DNA from: Octopus vulgaris
Lineage: Eukaryota
Length of the DNA: 64,000 bases
Reading direction: 5' to 3'
Assembly (NCBI GenBank): GCA_951406725.2
Contig: OX597814.1
Coordinates: forward strand, 32,116,001 to 32,180,000
Shown: positions 1 through 11,950 of the stretch, piece by piece
Position numbering within the stretch: the first letter of the stretch is position 1
Layout: the number at the start of each line of letters is the position of its first letter
Made by a program: the position numbers and the translations under genes
Notes under the pieces: generated by a model
Seen by the model: only the letters and a program-made list of their open reading frames with translations
Told to the model about the DNA's origin: nothing
Databases searched by the model: none

Positions 1-383
1 TTGTGCCTTGTATCATTTTTGCTTCATCTCTCGTTCAACATATTCTTATCTTGTTCATCGAAGTCATTCACACCTTCCACAAAATATCACTCTCAGCCAT
101 TTCCTCTATACTCTGCATTAATGGCCTACTTTCCACCGTTCTCTTCCAAAATACTCTTTATCATTTGCTCTTACCTTCATTCTCATCTCTCTCTCTCTCT
201 TTCTTTCTCTCACTCGCTCTCTCTTCCTCTCAAGTTCTTTCGGCACTGAACACTCATGAACATGTGAAAGAACATGCATGCACGTCGTAAATACAGACAC
301 ACATATACACGATGTGTGTACAAAAATTGACACACACTCTCTCACATACAAACACAAATATATATAAACAAAGGCACATAAAC

Positions 384-430
<47 letters not shown>

Positions 431-543
431 TACACATATATATATAGATATGCATAATTACATGTATACATATATATAGATGTAATATATACATATGCAT
501 CTATATATGTATATAAATGTGTGTGTACATCTGTATATACATA

Positions 544-589
<46 letters not shown>

Positions 590-639
590 GCATATAATAT
601 ATATAATATGGATGCAAAACCAGGGGCTACGTACCGGTA

Positions 640-683
<44 letters not shown>

Positions 684-824
684 CATATATGCACATATAT
701 ATATATATGTATGCGCAAAAGCTGTATAAATCAATATGACTCTTGTCCGATATACATATATTCGGGTGTATAGGTACACGGCGACCACTAGCTAATACAC
801 TTATGCATATGTGTTTGTATGCAA

Positions 825-861
<37 letters not shown>

Positions 862-1837
862 CGTGTGTGTGTGTGTGTGTTTGTGTGTGTGTGTATGTAT
901 ACGTAAATAATTAATAATTAATAGCCTCAGAAGCAGCGTTAATACCAAATTATAATATTTATCTACCACTTAATACAAGTATTGTATTACAACACTAGAG
1001 GACCTCACACATTATGCATAAAAGCTCGCTAATCGATATAAACCCGAATACTTTTATATACTGCGAATCCGCATGAGATCTGCTCCCACGGTAATCGATG
1101 CAATATTCTGCGTTCTGACACAACACTCGGATCTTTTCAGTTTGTCTGTTATTTTTCAATTTATTCAATTTGTTGTCCAATTTATTTCATATTTAGTCTT
1201 TTATGCTAATGACTGAGATAAATTCAATAAAAACAAAGTTAATAAATTTTAACGTTTGCAAATTTTGAGAAATTTTAGCCAATCGTAAGCCACAGACACA
1301 TTCATATGCCTATTTTCATAGTAACAAACCAAGCTGTCACCTAGCTGCTTACCCACGCAGTCATATTTCGCTTACGGTGCTTGTGAGATATGCTAAAAAC
1401 GATAGCTAAATAGACCTTAAATTACGTATCAAAAGTGTTTCTTAGTAGCTTTCTGCAAAATTGGATAAATTCCCATGTGCAGAATACAAATTCGCAAAAA
1501 TTTTCTGAAAATTCAAAAAAAAAAAAAGAAAAAGAAAAAATAGAAAAATCATATGGCGTCCGAAAAGCAGAATTCTCCCAATATCTCATTTGTTTAGAGT
1601 AGGCAGAACGTGGTGTCACGCGCAAAATGACAAATTCCAAATCCTGCTTTCTGACTTGTCAAAAAGTTTTTTTCTGGAAAAATAAAATATTCCTGGAGAT
1701 TCAGCGTCGAAAATTACTTCAACTGAACAAATTTTAAAATTTTCACTTAACTTTGAAATTTCCGTAGGAGCAGCTAAACAGAAAAGATCCCAACACCCGC
1801 ATTAAGCGGGATATAAACATTACCTTTATATGTGTGC

Positions 1838-1896
<59 letters not shown>

Positions 1897-1919
1897 TGTC
1901 TGTGTATGTTTGTGTGTAT

Positions 1920-2073
1920 AGGCGCAGGAATTGTAGTGTGGAAAGTAGGTTGTTTACCAGCCACATGGTTCTGGTCCCACTGCGTGGCATCTTGGGCAGG
2001 TATATTGTACCATAGCCTCGGCCGATCAAAGCCTTGTCAGCAGATTCAGTAGATAGAAATTGAAAGAAGCCGT

Positions 2074-2074
<1 letters not shown>
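1920..2074 (+). mobile_element. SINE family A, 5' part
   Basis: aggcgcagga..gtgtgg..ccacatggtt..gtcccactgcgtggcatcttgggcag; matches 35448-35610. Confidence 0.85.
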
Positions 2075-2140
<66 letters not shown>

Positions 2141-2456
2141 GTATATGTATATGTATATATATTTATATATACCAATAATAAAAGGGTAAAATCAATGAAT
2201 TATTAATTAATTTCACCAAGTAGTGTTCAGTATGTAAAAGGACCATTCAAGGTATATTCAAAATATAACGTTATATAATTAGGGCTCAGTAAAATAATTT
2301 ACTTTACCACATACTGAGACTTTTAGAAATAGCAGCCAAAAAGTTTTTAGCCATTTCTTCTACTATAAGAAATATCTCCCAGATAGTGTTTACTCAAAAA
2401 TAATTCACGTAGATATGGAGGGAAAAACAACAAAATATCACATGTACAAAGATCAT

Positions 2457-2518
2457 TTGAGAACGTTACGTTTCTGGATTAGTTGAACTTAAACTCAACA
2501 TTTCCTTCGTCAGCTCAA
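2457..2518 (-). ncRNA. Type I hammerhead ribozyme motif
   Basis: Minus strand: ttgag CTGACGA a gga aat gttga..tcaac taa tcc a GAAA cg taa cg TT ctcaa. Stems I-III and core intact, GUU cleavage triplet. Confidence 0.8.
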
Positions 2519-3047
2519 CATTTCTGAATTTGGATTTGAAAGCACTAAAAATTGAACATACCCGTCTGATATGAGTAATCTCAGACAAACCATCTCCAAA
2601 CTGCCAGTGCCAACAAATTCAAAAAGTACGAGTGAAGACTTGTATTCCTCCCGCTTCCATCCACGTGAGTTATAGAGTAAACAAATTTTGGCGGTGAGAA
2701 CCGTAGTAAAAAGCAGGGAGGGATGCATTTGGATTATCAATAATAAAAGGGTAAAATCAATTAATTATTAATTAATTTCACCAAGTAGTGTTCAGTATGT
2801 AAAAGGACCATTCAAGGTATATTCAAAATATTACGTTATATAATTTGGGCTCAGTAAAATAATTTACGGTTCTCACCGCCAAAATTTGTTTACTCTATAA
2901 CTCACGTGGATGGAAGCGGGAGGAATACAAGTTCTCACTCGTACTTTTTGAATTTGTTGGCACTGGCAGTTTGGAGATGGTTTGTCTGAGATTACTCCAG
3001 ACGGGTATTTTCAATTTTTAGTGTTTTCAAATCCAAATTAAGAAATG

Positions 3048-3109
3048 TTGAGCTGACGAAAGAAATGTCGAGTTTTAATTCGACTAATCCAGAAACGTAA
3101 CGTTCTCAA
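3048..3109 (+). ncRNA. Type I hammerhead ribozyme motif
   Basis: ttgag CTGACGA ..gtcga..tcgac.. GAAA cg taa cg TT ctcaa; inverted copy of 2457-2518. Confidence 0.8.
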
Positions 3110-3387
3110 ATGATCTTTGTACATGTGATATTTTGCTTTTTTTCCCTCCATATCTACGTGAATTATTTTTGAGTAAATACTATCTGGGAGATTTTTCTTA
3201 TAGTAGAAGAAATGGCTAAAAACACTTTTTGGCTGCTATTTCTAAAAGTTTCAGTATGTGGTAAAGTAAATTATTTTACTGAGCCCTAATTATATAACGT
3301 TATATTTATATATATATATATATGTATATGCATATATGTGTGTGTGTATGTGTATGTGTCTATATTCTTTGTTCTTTTATACTGTTT

Positions 3388-3776
3388 TTGTTTCAGTAAT
3401 TTTGACTGTGGCCAAGCTGGAGCACCGCCTTTAGTCGAACAAATCGACCAAGGAACTTATTTTTTGAAAGCCTAGTAGTTATTCTGTCGGACTCTTGCTG
3501 AACTGCTAAGTTACGGCGACCTAAGCACACTAGCATCGGTTATCAAGCGATGTTGGGGGCGGGGACAAACACAGACACGCAAACATATATACATATATAT
3601 ATATAGATAGATATACGACGGGCTACTTTAAGTTTCCGTCTACCAAATCCACTCACAAGCGTTTAGTCAGCCCGTGGCTATAGTAGAAGACACTTGCCTT
3701 AGGTGTTACGTAGTGGGACTGTACCCGCAACTGTGTTGTTGGTAAGCAAGCTACTAACCATACAGCTACGTCTCCG

Positions 3777-3780
<4 letters not shown>
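3388..3780 (-). mobile_element. SINE family A, full length, diverged
   Basis: Reverse complement of the 35448-35848 type. Confidence 0.9.
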
Positions 3781-3823
<43 letters not shown>

Positions 3824-3826
<3 letters not shown>

Positions 3827-4020
3827 TTTGTCTCCTCCCCACCATCGCTAAACAACCGACGCCGCTGTGTTTACGTCTCCGTAAATTAGTGCTCCCGAAA
3901 AAGAGACTGATAGAATAAGTACTGGACTTACAAACAATAATTCCTGGGGGCGATTTGATTGACCAAAGGCTTTGCTCTATCATGGCCGCAGCCAAGTGAC
4001 TGAAACAAATAGAAGAATAT
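3824..4020 (+). mobile_element. SINE family A, 3' half
   Basis: aacaaccgac..gatagaataagtact..catggccgcag..gactgaaacaa. Confidence 0.85.
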
Positions 4021-4458
4021 AAGAATATACTAATTCATATTCATGCTTAAAATCTCATACACAGCTGCACTATGCCTTCTAGAATACCGGGTCATAACAT
4101 CTCACACTTGAAATGCTAACATACAACAAAACCGCTTCAATATTTCAATATTTATTCCCGCATGAGTATACACCAGACTTCTGAATTAGCATACACACAC
4201 ACACAGACGCACACACACACACATCTTTTATAGTCACCTCACACATTAATTCTCATATATTTCATAGCCATTATCTTTTAGTCGAATGAATGCGCACCAG
4301 TACTTAATTTTTAAGACTGATATTTAGTCTAACTTTTCTTTTAATTTTTCCAAAATTTAATTGTTTTCCATACTTACAGTTGAAAAAGTCTCAATGACTG
4401 AAACAGGTATTGAAATGTTTTTTTATATAATTACTTTAGCATTTTCTACCTTTACTTT

Positions 4459-4489
<31 letters not shown>

Positions 4490-4494
4490 AATAA

Positions 4495-4574
<80 letters not shown>

Positions 4575-4578
<4 letters not shown>

Positions 4579-4733
4579 CGCCATGCCTACCCCCAAAAAA
4601 GTCCCCCACCACCACCCATTTAAACCTGCCTAAATGTATAAATGCCAAAACAACTCTTGTCTACTAGCTTCCTGATGATTTCTTTTGAATGAAACAGTTC
4701 TAGTCCTGTAGAAGCTCCTTCTATATAATAAAT
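4575..4733 (+). mobile_element. Solo PLE pLTR 3' fragment, same family as the ends of the giant palindrome
   Basis: Similar to ~29968-30126, ends at the same ctatataataaat, flanked by (TA)n. Confidence 0.85.
4666..4716 (+). ncRNA. Minimal type I hammerhead ribozyme
   Basis: agcttc CTGATGA t ttc tttt gaa t GAAA cag ttctagtc ctg TA gaagct; 6-bp stem I, GUA site. Confidence 0.85.
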
Positions 4734-4743
4734 AAATAAATAT

Positions 4744-4788
<45 letters not shown>

Positions 4789-4792
<4 letters not shown>

Positions 4793-4938
4793 GAGAGGCT
4801 GTTTTCAATTTCTATGTACCAAATCCACTCAATATGCTATTGTTGGTCTAACGCTAGAGTAAGAAGATACTTGCTCAAGTTGCCATACAGTGAGACTGTA
4901 CCTGGAAACGTTGGTTGGGAGGCAAACTTCTTACCGCA
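4789..4938 (-). mobile_element. SINE family A, 5' part, diverged
   Basis: taccaaatccactc..gaagatacttgctcaag..cagtgagactg. Confidence 0.75.
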
Positions 4939-6344
4939 AATTTCTTATTATAAAAATCTAGGTCAATGTGATATTATTTAGCGATGAATATACTAATTCG
5001 ACTTGCTTGAAAGACCTAAAACAAATAGAAACAAAGCAATTTCTTAAAATAGTCCATTGTATGTTATGCCTAAAAATATGCGTGATGAGAAAATTGTATG
5101 TATTGAATAGCTGCACACCGCAGGTATACAACGTTTATATACATTGCAACTGCTATATATGAAAATACACATAATACATGATGCTAGCAGGCAGTGGTCG
5201 TTGCCATAGTTGAATAGGCAAGAACTTCGTATTGCAATTATTAGTGCCACGGTGTTGGGTTAATCCACACCTTGTGATTGAAATTTAGTACATGTTACGT
5301 CTGTGGAAGTGTGTCACGGAGATTGTGCTCGTAATTCGCTGACACAACCTAGTGTCAACGCATTTGAAAAATGTCAAGAGAAAGGTTATGTTATAGATCA
5401 ATGTTGAGCAGTGGTATCCAAGATGAGATTGTCAAAGCCATCACAAACATATGCTTAAACACATCCAGACTTTTACTAATATACACAGTTCAGCTAAAGA
5501 TTTTCAACAACTGTATAAATCATTCAAGAATACATCATTTCTGATTTTCCCTTTGTGATTGCAATGGGCTACATCAATAGGCATTGTTTTGACTGAATTC
5601 AAATCAACAACCACAAAATTAAGCAGATACAAACAAGAGACTATATGTTGACTATACACTCTTTATCTCACTATTTGTCTGTCTCTCTCTCTCTTTCTCT
5701 TTCTCTCTCTTTATTTCTCTGTCTGTATCTCTTTCTCTTTCTCTCTTTCTCTCTCCCTCTCTCTGTAGATTGGATGAAATTAACTGTATTGAAACGTTTG
5801 GATGTGATGCGAAGCTAGTACAGTTGGTCTTCCCTTTTATTCTTCTGCTGAGTCAACACTGTGATTACATTTCACTGAGAAGTTAAAGATGTTTATAAAA
5901 AACAAAGCATTTTTTAACAACTTACAACTTACACTTTCACAGCATGAAGAGATACACAAAATCCCGCTTATAAAAAATACAGTTAGAAATTGCCAATGCA
6001 CGGGAAAACACTTCTATCATATGGAGGAACCATTTTCTCAAAAAACACTCCAAGCACATTGATTGTAATTAAAAGAACCCTAACACGTTTATGTAGAAAA
6101 ATTTCCGATATATCTCTTATATAGATATTTCAATCTATAAAATGTAGTACATCCATGAAGTGTCTTCTTCAGAAAATCATATACAAGTAACACTCATTCA
6201 CATATCTCAATCAAGAAGAGAGCAAATAATTCGATTCAACCAATAATACTATATGTATCTGTCTTTCAATGTAGCCAGTAAGTTCATGTTTCCCTGGGAA
6301 AAACATCTTCTGGGTATACTTATATAATATACACTCTTCAATAC

Positions 6345-6555
6345 TGGCTTCAAATTTTGGCTCAAAGCCAGCAATTTTGAGGATCGTGATAAGGCTATTG
6401 TATCAACCCCAATACAAAAATGGTGCTTATTTTATCGACCCTGAAACGTGAAACGTGAGGTCGACCTCGGTGGAATTTGAACTCAACGTAAAAACCAGAC
6501 GAAATTCCGCTAAGCATTTTCCCAGCATGCTAAAGATCCTGCCAACTCACTACCT
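6345..6555 (-). mobile_element. SINE family B, diverged (further fragments at ~21715-21830 and ~35245-35365)
   Basis: ttatcgaccc..gtcgacctcggtggaatttgaactca..gctaagcattt. Confidence 0.8.
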
Positions 6556-7397
6556 TTACACTCTTCAATACTGATAACTTGAAACTGTCTGGATAGCATT
6601 GATCCTTAGATGATACAAGACATTCGATCACAAAGATGTAATCAATTCTCACTCTAGCAAATAATTTGCTGCAGTTGTTACTTAAATCGTCGATTTAATG
6701 CAACTGCTCTTTCTAGGGGAATGTATATTGAAAATTATAACACACGCAGAAGTTGAAAAGCGATTCTATTTTTTCACATACTGCGGGTATTATGATTTCA
6801 CTATATGATACAATATTTACTATGAACATCTTCAAATTCAGATATAAGTATAACATATACAAATATAGTTTGGAAAGAAATATATAGTTTAAGGCAATAC
6901 ATCTTAAAATTAAGAGGCAGAGAAAATAAAAATTATCCCATAAATTGTCATAAGAGTACGCTTGTTCGCCAACGGTGCCAATTTGTGTAAATAATTTATC
7001 CGAAAGAAACCAATTCCGAAATAAACAACCAATGCATTTGAAGAGAGAATATTTGAAATTTGATCTGTCATTATATGATACTGTTCTTAGTTGTTTGCGT
7101 TTTTGAAATCTAAATCTCTATTATTATAGATCAGCTACACACCCACTTTTATAGATTTTCAGAATAGAAGACGGCAACCAAAATACGATTCTCTATAAGC
7201 ACCAGCAGCATTGACTAATGAAGGTATCGTTCCACCCTCGTCATTCTCGCACACCAAAAATCATTCCAGCCGTGCTTTATCAACAGCACGTATAGCTATG
7301 AAGCGTAGAAAGCTACGACTGAATGTGAGTGACAACAGAGAGACTAATCAACTACACATGCATTTGCGTGTAATAGAACATATATAACTATATATAC

Positions 7398-7467
<70 letters not shown>

Positions 7468-7469
<2 letters not shown>

Positions 7470-7679
7470 TTTATTCTTTTTATTCATTTACTTCTTTCAG
7501 TGATTTGACTGCGTTGAAGCTGGAGAACCACTCGAAAGGTCTTTTTAATCGAACACATAGACGCAGGTTTATCCTTTGTAAGCCTACTACTTTTTCTATT
7601 GGACTATTTTGCTATTTTACGTGGACATAAACACACCAACGTCGGTTATCAACCGATGAAGGGGACAAACAGACACACG

Positions 7680-7736
<57 letters not shown>

Positions 7737-7892
7737 ACGACGGGCTTCTTTCAGTTTCCGTCTACAAAATCGACTCATAGGGCTTTGGTCGAACCGAGGC
7801 GGTAGTAGAAGGTACTTGGTCAAGTACCACGCATTGGTACTGAACCTGAAACCATATGGCTGGGAGGCAAGCTTCTAACCACTCAGTCACAC
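7468..7892 (-). mobile_element. SINE family A, diverged (further 3' fragment at ~7905-8047)
   Basis: Similarity to 8447-8848. Confidence 0.85.
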
Positions 7893-8383
7893 AACTTTTA
7901 TCTCTTACTTTTTCCATTTATTAGACTACGGTCATGCTGGATCACTGCCACGTAGAGATTTAGTCAAACGAATCAATCACAGTATTTAAATTTTTAAAAC
8001 TCGGTATGTATTCAATATGTCTCTTTTACCAAACTGCTAAATTACAAACATAGATATGAGTGTGTGTGCGTATGTGTGTGTATGTGTGTCTGTGTGAAGC
8101 CTATATATATATATATATATATATGTTAAGCTGGACACACATATAATTAATATAGGAGGAATTGTGAATGATGACAAAACACGCTGTCTTAATGATTAAT
8201 TCTGATCAATTATAGCAGGAGGGAGAAATCAAATAGAATTCAATTTATACAAATTACAGCTGGGAAGAAGTGTGGTTTGAGTCTGATAGTGCTGAATTAA
8301 GGCCTTTGACACACAAATGCGAGCGTACATATATATATAAACATGTATACACACACAAAAGGACAGGCATATATATATGTACA

Positions 8384-8446
<63 letters not shown>

Positions 8447-8447
<1 letters not shown>

Positions 8448-8848
8448 TTCATTCTTTTATTCTTTTACTTGTTTCAGTCATTTGACTGCGGCCATGCTGG
8501 AGCACCGCCTTTAATCGAGCAAATCGACCCCGGGACTTATTCTTTTGTAAGCCCAGTACTTATTCTATCGGTATCTTTTGCCGAACCGCTAAGTAACGGG
8601 GACATAAACACACCAGCATCGGTTGTCAAGCAATACTAGGGGGACAAACACAGACACACAAACACACACACATATATATATATACATATATACGACGGGC
8701 TTCTTTCAGTTTCCGTCTACCAAATCCAGTCACAAGGCATTGGTCGGCCCGAGGCTATAGCAGAAGACACTTGCCCAAGATGCCATGCAGTGGGACTGAC
8801 CCCGGAACCATATGGTTGGTAAGCAAGCTACTTACCACATAGCCACTC
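8447..8848 (-). mobile_element. SINE family A, full length
   Basis: tttcagtcatttgactgcggccatgctggagcaccgcc ... cagtgggactga..accacatagccactc. Confidence 0.95.
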
Positions 8849-9400
8849 TGTGTGTGTGTGAATGTCTGAACGTGTGTGTGTGAGTGTTTGTGGATATATT
8901 TGCTTGAGGTGTTTTGTATGTTTGTGTGTATATATAGATGTGAGTGTGTGTGTCTGTATAATGTATTGTACATATACACTTTCACATTTACGTATAGATG
9001 GATGGAAGCAAATATTTGAATACCTAACGTAAATATATTTCTGTATTTGACATTTTTCTGTGGTTTATGTGGCTGATAATCTTCAGGTGTAAGATTATCA
9101 TAAGATATATGCCTATGCCTAAATGTATATACATGTGTGTGCGTGTATGTCTGAATATGTGTATATGTGTGTGTTTAAAAAGAGAGAGGGGTGAAAGATA
9201 GATAGACATATTTATATAAAAAGAGGATATGCAAAAGAGAAAGAGAAATAGAGAGAGATAGAAAGAGAAACTGATAGATGCATATATATATATTTCAGTA
9301 ATTATATACATATAGTCAGGCAAACATATATTTATATCTTAAGGTGTACATACACACACACTACACACACTCAGAGATATACATACATACACATATATAT

Positions 9401-9467
<67 letters not shown>

Positions 9468-10039
9468 CATACATACATACATATATATATATATATAAAT
9501 GTACGTATGTATATGTACTCGAACACATAGAAACATACAGATTTGTTTCCTGAGGCAATACTAGTTTCTGTTTGAAATATTACAAACTCATTGCAGTGTT
9601 TGAAGATGTTGTGATACATCACGTAGTGCTTGCGTATTAATATTAAGATGTTGCACGCAGAATAGTCGAGACAAAATCACAGCCTCTGGTCGTCAATCTG
9701 TGTATATCCAATATAGTGAAAGGTGAGAGATGATTTGTTATATATTTGCAGCTCTCCACATCACTCAACACGAATGTCTAAAACAAGAAATGTGTTGGAC
9801 AGTAGACAGCTGCACTTAATATGGCACTGAGGCAGAGAACTCTTGTTGTTGCTGCTCCTGTTTTTGTTACTCTCCTTGTAGTTTTTGTTGTTGTTGTTGC
9901 TGTAAACATCTGCAAACCTAGGAAATGTAGGGAAATGAAAACAGAGCGGGAGAAGCGATGGAAGTATAGCGAAAAGAAGCTATTGATCAAGGAAGGTGAA
10001 AACTGCGAAATTGATAATGGTAAGGTTGACGATGGCGGT

Positions 10040-10310
10040 GACAATGACGATAGTGATGATGACGACAACGATGATGAGGATGATGATGATGATGATGATG
10101 ATGATAATGATGATGATGATGATGATGATGATGATGGCAATGATGATGACACAGGATATTGATATTGTTGTTGTTGTTGTTGGTGTTAATGCTACTACTA
10201 CTACTACTACTACAACTACTACTACTACTACTACTACTACTAATAATAATAATAATAATAATAACAATAATAATAATAATAATAATAACAATAATAACAA
10301 CAACAACAAC

Positions 10311-10351
<41 letters not shown>

Positions 10352-10439
10352 GAAGAAGAAGGAGAAGAAGAAGAAGGAGAAGAAGAAGAAGAAGAAGAAG
10401 AAGAAGAAGAAGAAGAAGAAGAAGAAGAAGAAGAAGAAG
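10040..10439. repeat. Compound trinucleotide array (GAT)n-(GTT)n-(CTA)n-(TAA)n-(GAA)n
   Basis: Read directly; explains the homopolymer ORFs at 9778-10707. Confidence 0.97.
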
Positions 10440-11160
10440 CGCAACATGTCGTGTATGTCAACAACAAAATGAAACCATTGATCATGTCTCCAAGTGCAGT
10501 CTTCTTGCGTCTACAGAGTATCTCAACAGGTATGGTAGAGCTGCACAATATATTCAATTTGCAAAAGCCTGGACTTGCCCAAGGATAAAAACTGGTGGGA
10601 ACACAAACCACCTCCAGTGCTTGAAAAAGATCACATCTCACTCCTCTGGAACTTCACCCAGACATCATGTTGAAAGACTTCAAACAAAAATCATACCTCC
10701 TCATTGATATGACTGTCCCAATTGATATAAACTTATCTGTCAAGACCTACCAAACACTGAGCAAGTATAAAGATCTTGAAATAGAAATTGGCAAAATGTG
10801 GAACCTGAAGACTAAAACAGTAACTGTTGTCATAGGTGTCCTAGGAATGATAGCAAAAAGGGATGATTGCTACCTAGCTCAGATACCAGGAAACCCCTTA
10901 AGGGCAGAAATTCAAAAGATAGTGCTCATGGGGACTGCCCATATCCTACGCAAAATACTTTCTATGTAATCTCAAGTTTTGAAATAAACATAATTTTCTT
11001 ATGGTTTCTTAAACACTCTCTAGAACAACACTATGTACAAAACTAAATATATGGCACCCTAGGCATAACACCAACATGAACTTCCAACTTGTTGTCTCTT
11101 GAGGTCTCTGGGTGAGACTTGGAATCAACTTCTGCAAATGTAAAGCAAAAGTCAAACATA
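10440..11160 (+). mobile_element. R4/Dong-clade non-LTR retrotransposon 3' end (zinc knuckle, restriction-like endonuclease, 3' UTR), frameshifted
   Basis: CRVCQQQNETIDHVSKC; PD..LLIDMTVPID..KYKDLEIEI..W..VVIGVLG..IQKIVLMGTAHILRKIL; followed by a (TAA/TGA)n tail. Confidence 0.9.
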
Positions 11161-11226
11161 AAATAATAATGATAATGATGATAATGATAATGATAATGAT
11201 GATGATGATGATGTTAATGATGATGA

Positions 11227-11520
11227 ATGGCAGACGCGATAGAGCTCCAAACAAAAGAGGGACTCGCGCAAACCAAAGCCATCCCCACTAGGAGAGGAAT
11301 ATTCCAGGGAGACACGCGTTCTCCACTCCTTTTCTGCTTGGCACTGACACCTCTATCTGATATGCTAAATAGAATTGGATGCGGATGCAAATGTTACAGC
11401 AGAACAATCAGCCACCTTTTATATATAGATGACATAAAACTATACGCTACAAATGATAAAAAGTTGGAAACACTACTACAGACGATACATGGGTTTATCA
11501 AAGAAATAAAAATCAAATTT
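11227..11520 (+). pseudogene. R4/Dong-like reverse transcriptase fragment
   Basis: RRGIFQGDTRSPLLFCLALTPLS..ISHLLYIDDIKLYA (RT motifs QGDxxSP and YxDD). Confidence 0.9.
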
Positions 11521-11599
11521 TCTAGGGTTGCTTACCCCTTAGAAGTCTGATATTCATCCCACCAAATAATTTCCCTCGGCATTTAATTTAATTTAATTT

Positions 11600-11919
11600 A
11601 ATAAAATCAAATGCAAATTTAATAAAATCAAGACACGTACCGCCAACAAGATGGCGGTACGTGTCTTGAAAAAGAGTTGGAAAAATACAAAACCACCCCT
11701 CCCACAAATATGGCAACGGTTGAAGATTTCCCTCCCATTCCCTCAATTACTAGCAGCAACAGAAAGAAAAGGGAGGAGGAGGAGGAGGAGGAGGAGGAGG
11801 AGGAGGAAAACAAAAGTTTCACGATACAAACTCCACCTAAGAGTAACAACAGTAGTAGCAGAAACAGCAACAGCGGTAGCAACAAGAACAGCAGCAGCCG
11901 CAACAGTGACGACAGCCGC

Positions 11920-11950
<31 letters not shown>

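Larger units (their letters stand above)
2173..3307. mobile_element. PLE pseudo-LTR-type composite: partial tandem (~130-bp direct repeat 2173-2302 / 2738-2867) plus inverted copy (arms ~2263-2705 / 2864-3307)
   Basis: Direct and inverted repeats read by eye. Each arm carries an HHR and both ends abut (TA)n. No ORF. Confidence 0.8.

Noticed and set aside
9778-10707. Poly-D/N/K/L/R ORFs
   Set aside because: Translations of the compound trinucleotide array; only the part after 10440 is LINE-derived.
10800-10835. CTGAAGA followed by aacag taa ctgtt gtc, superficially hammerhead-like
   Set aside because: No GAAA or stem II; lies in R4 endonuclease coding sequence.
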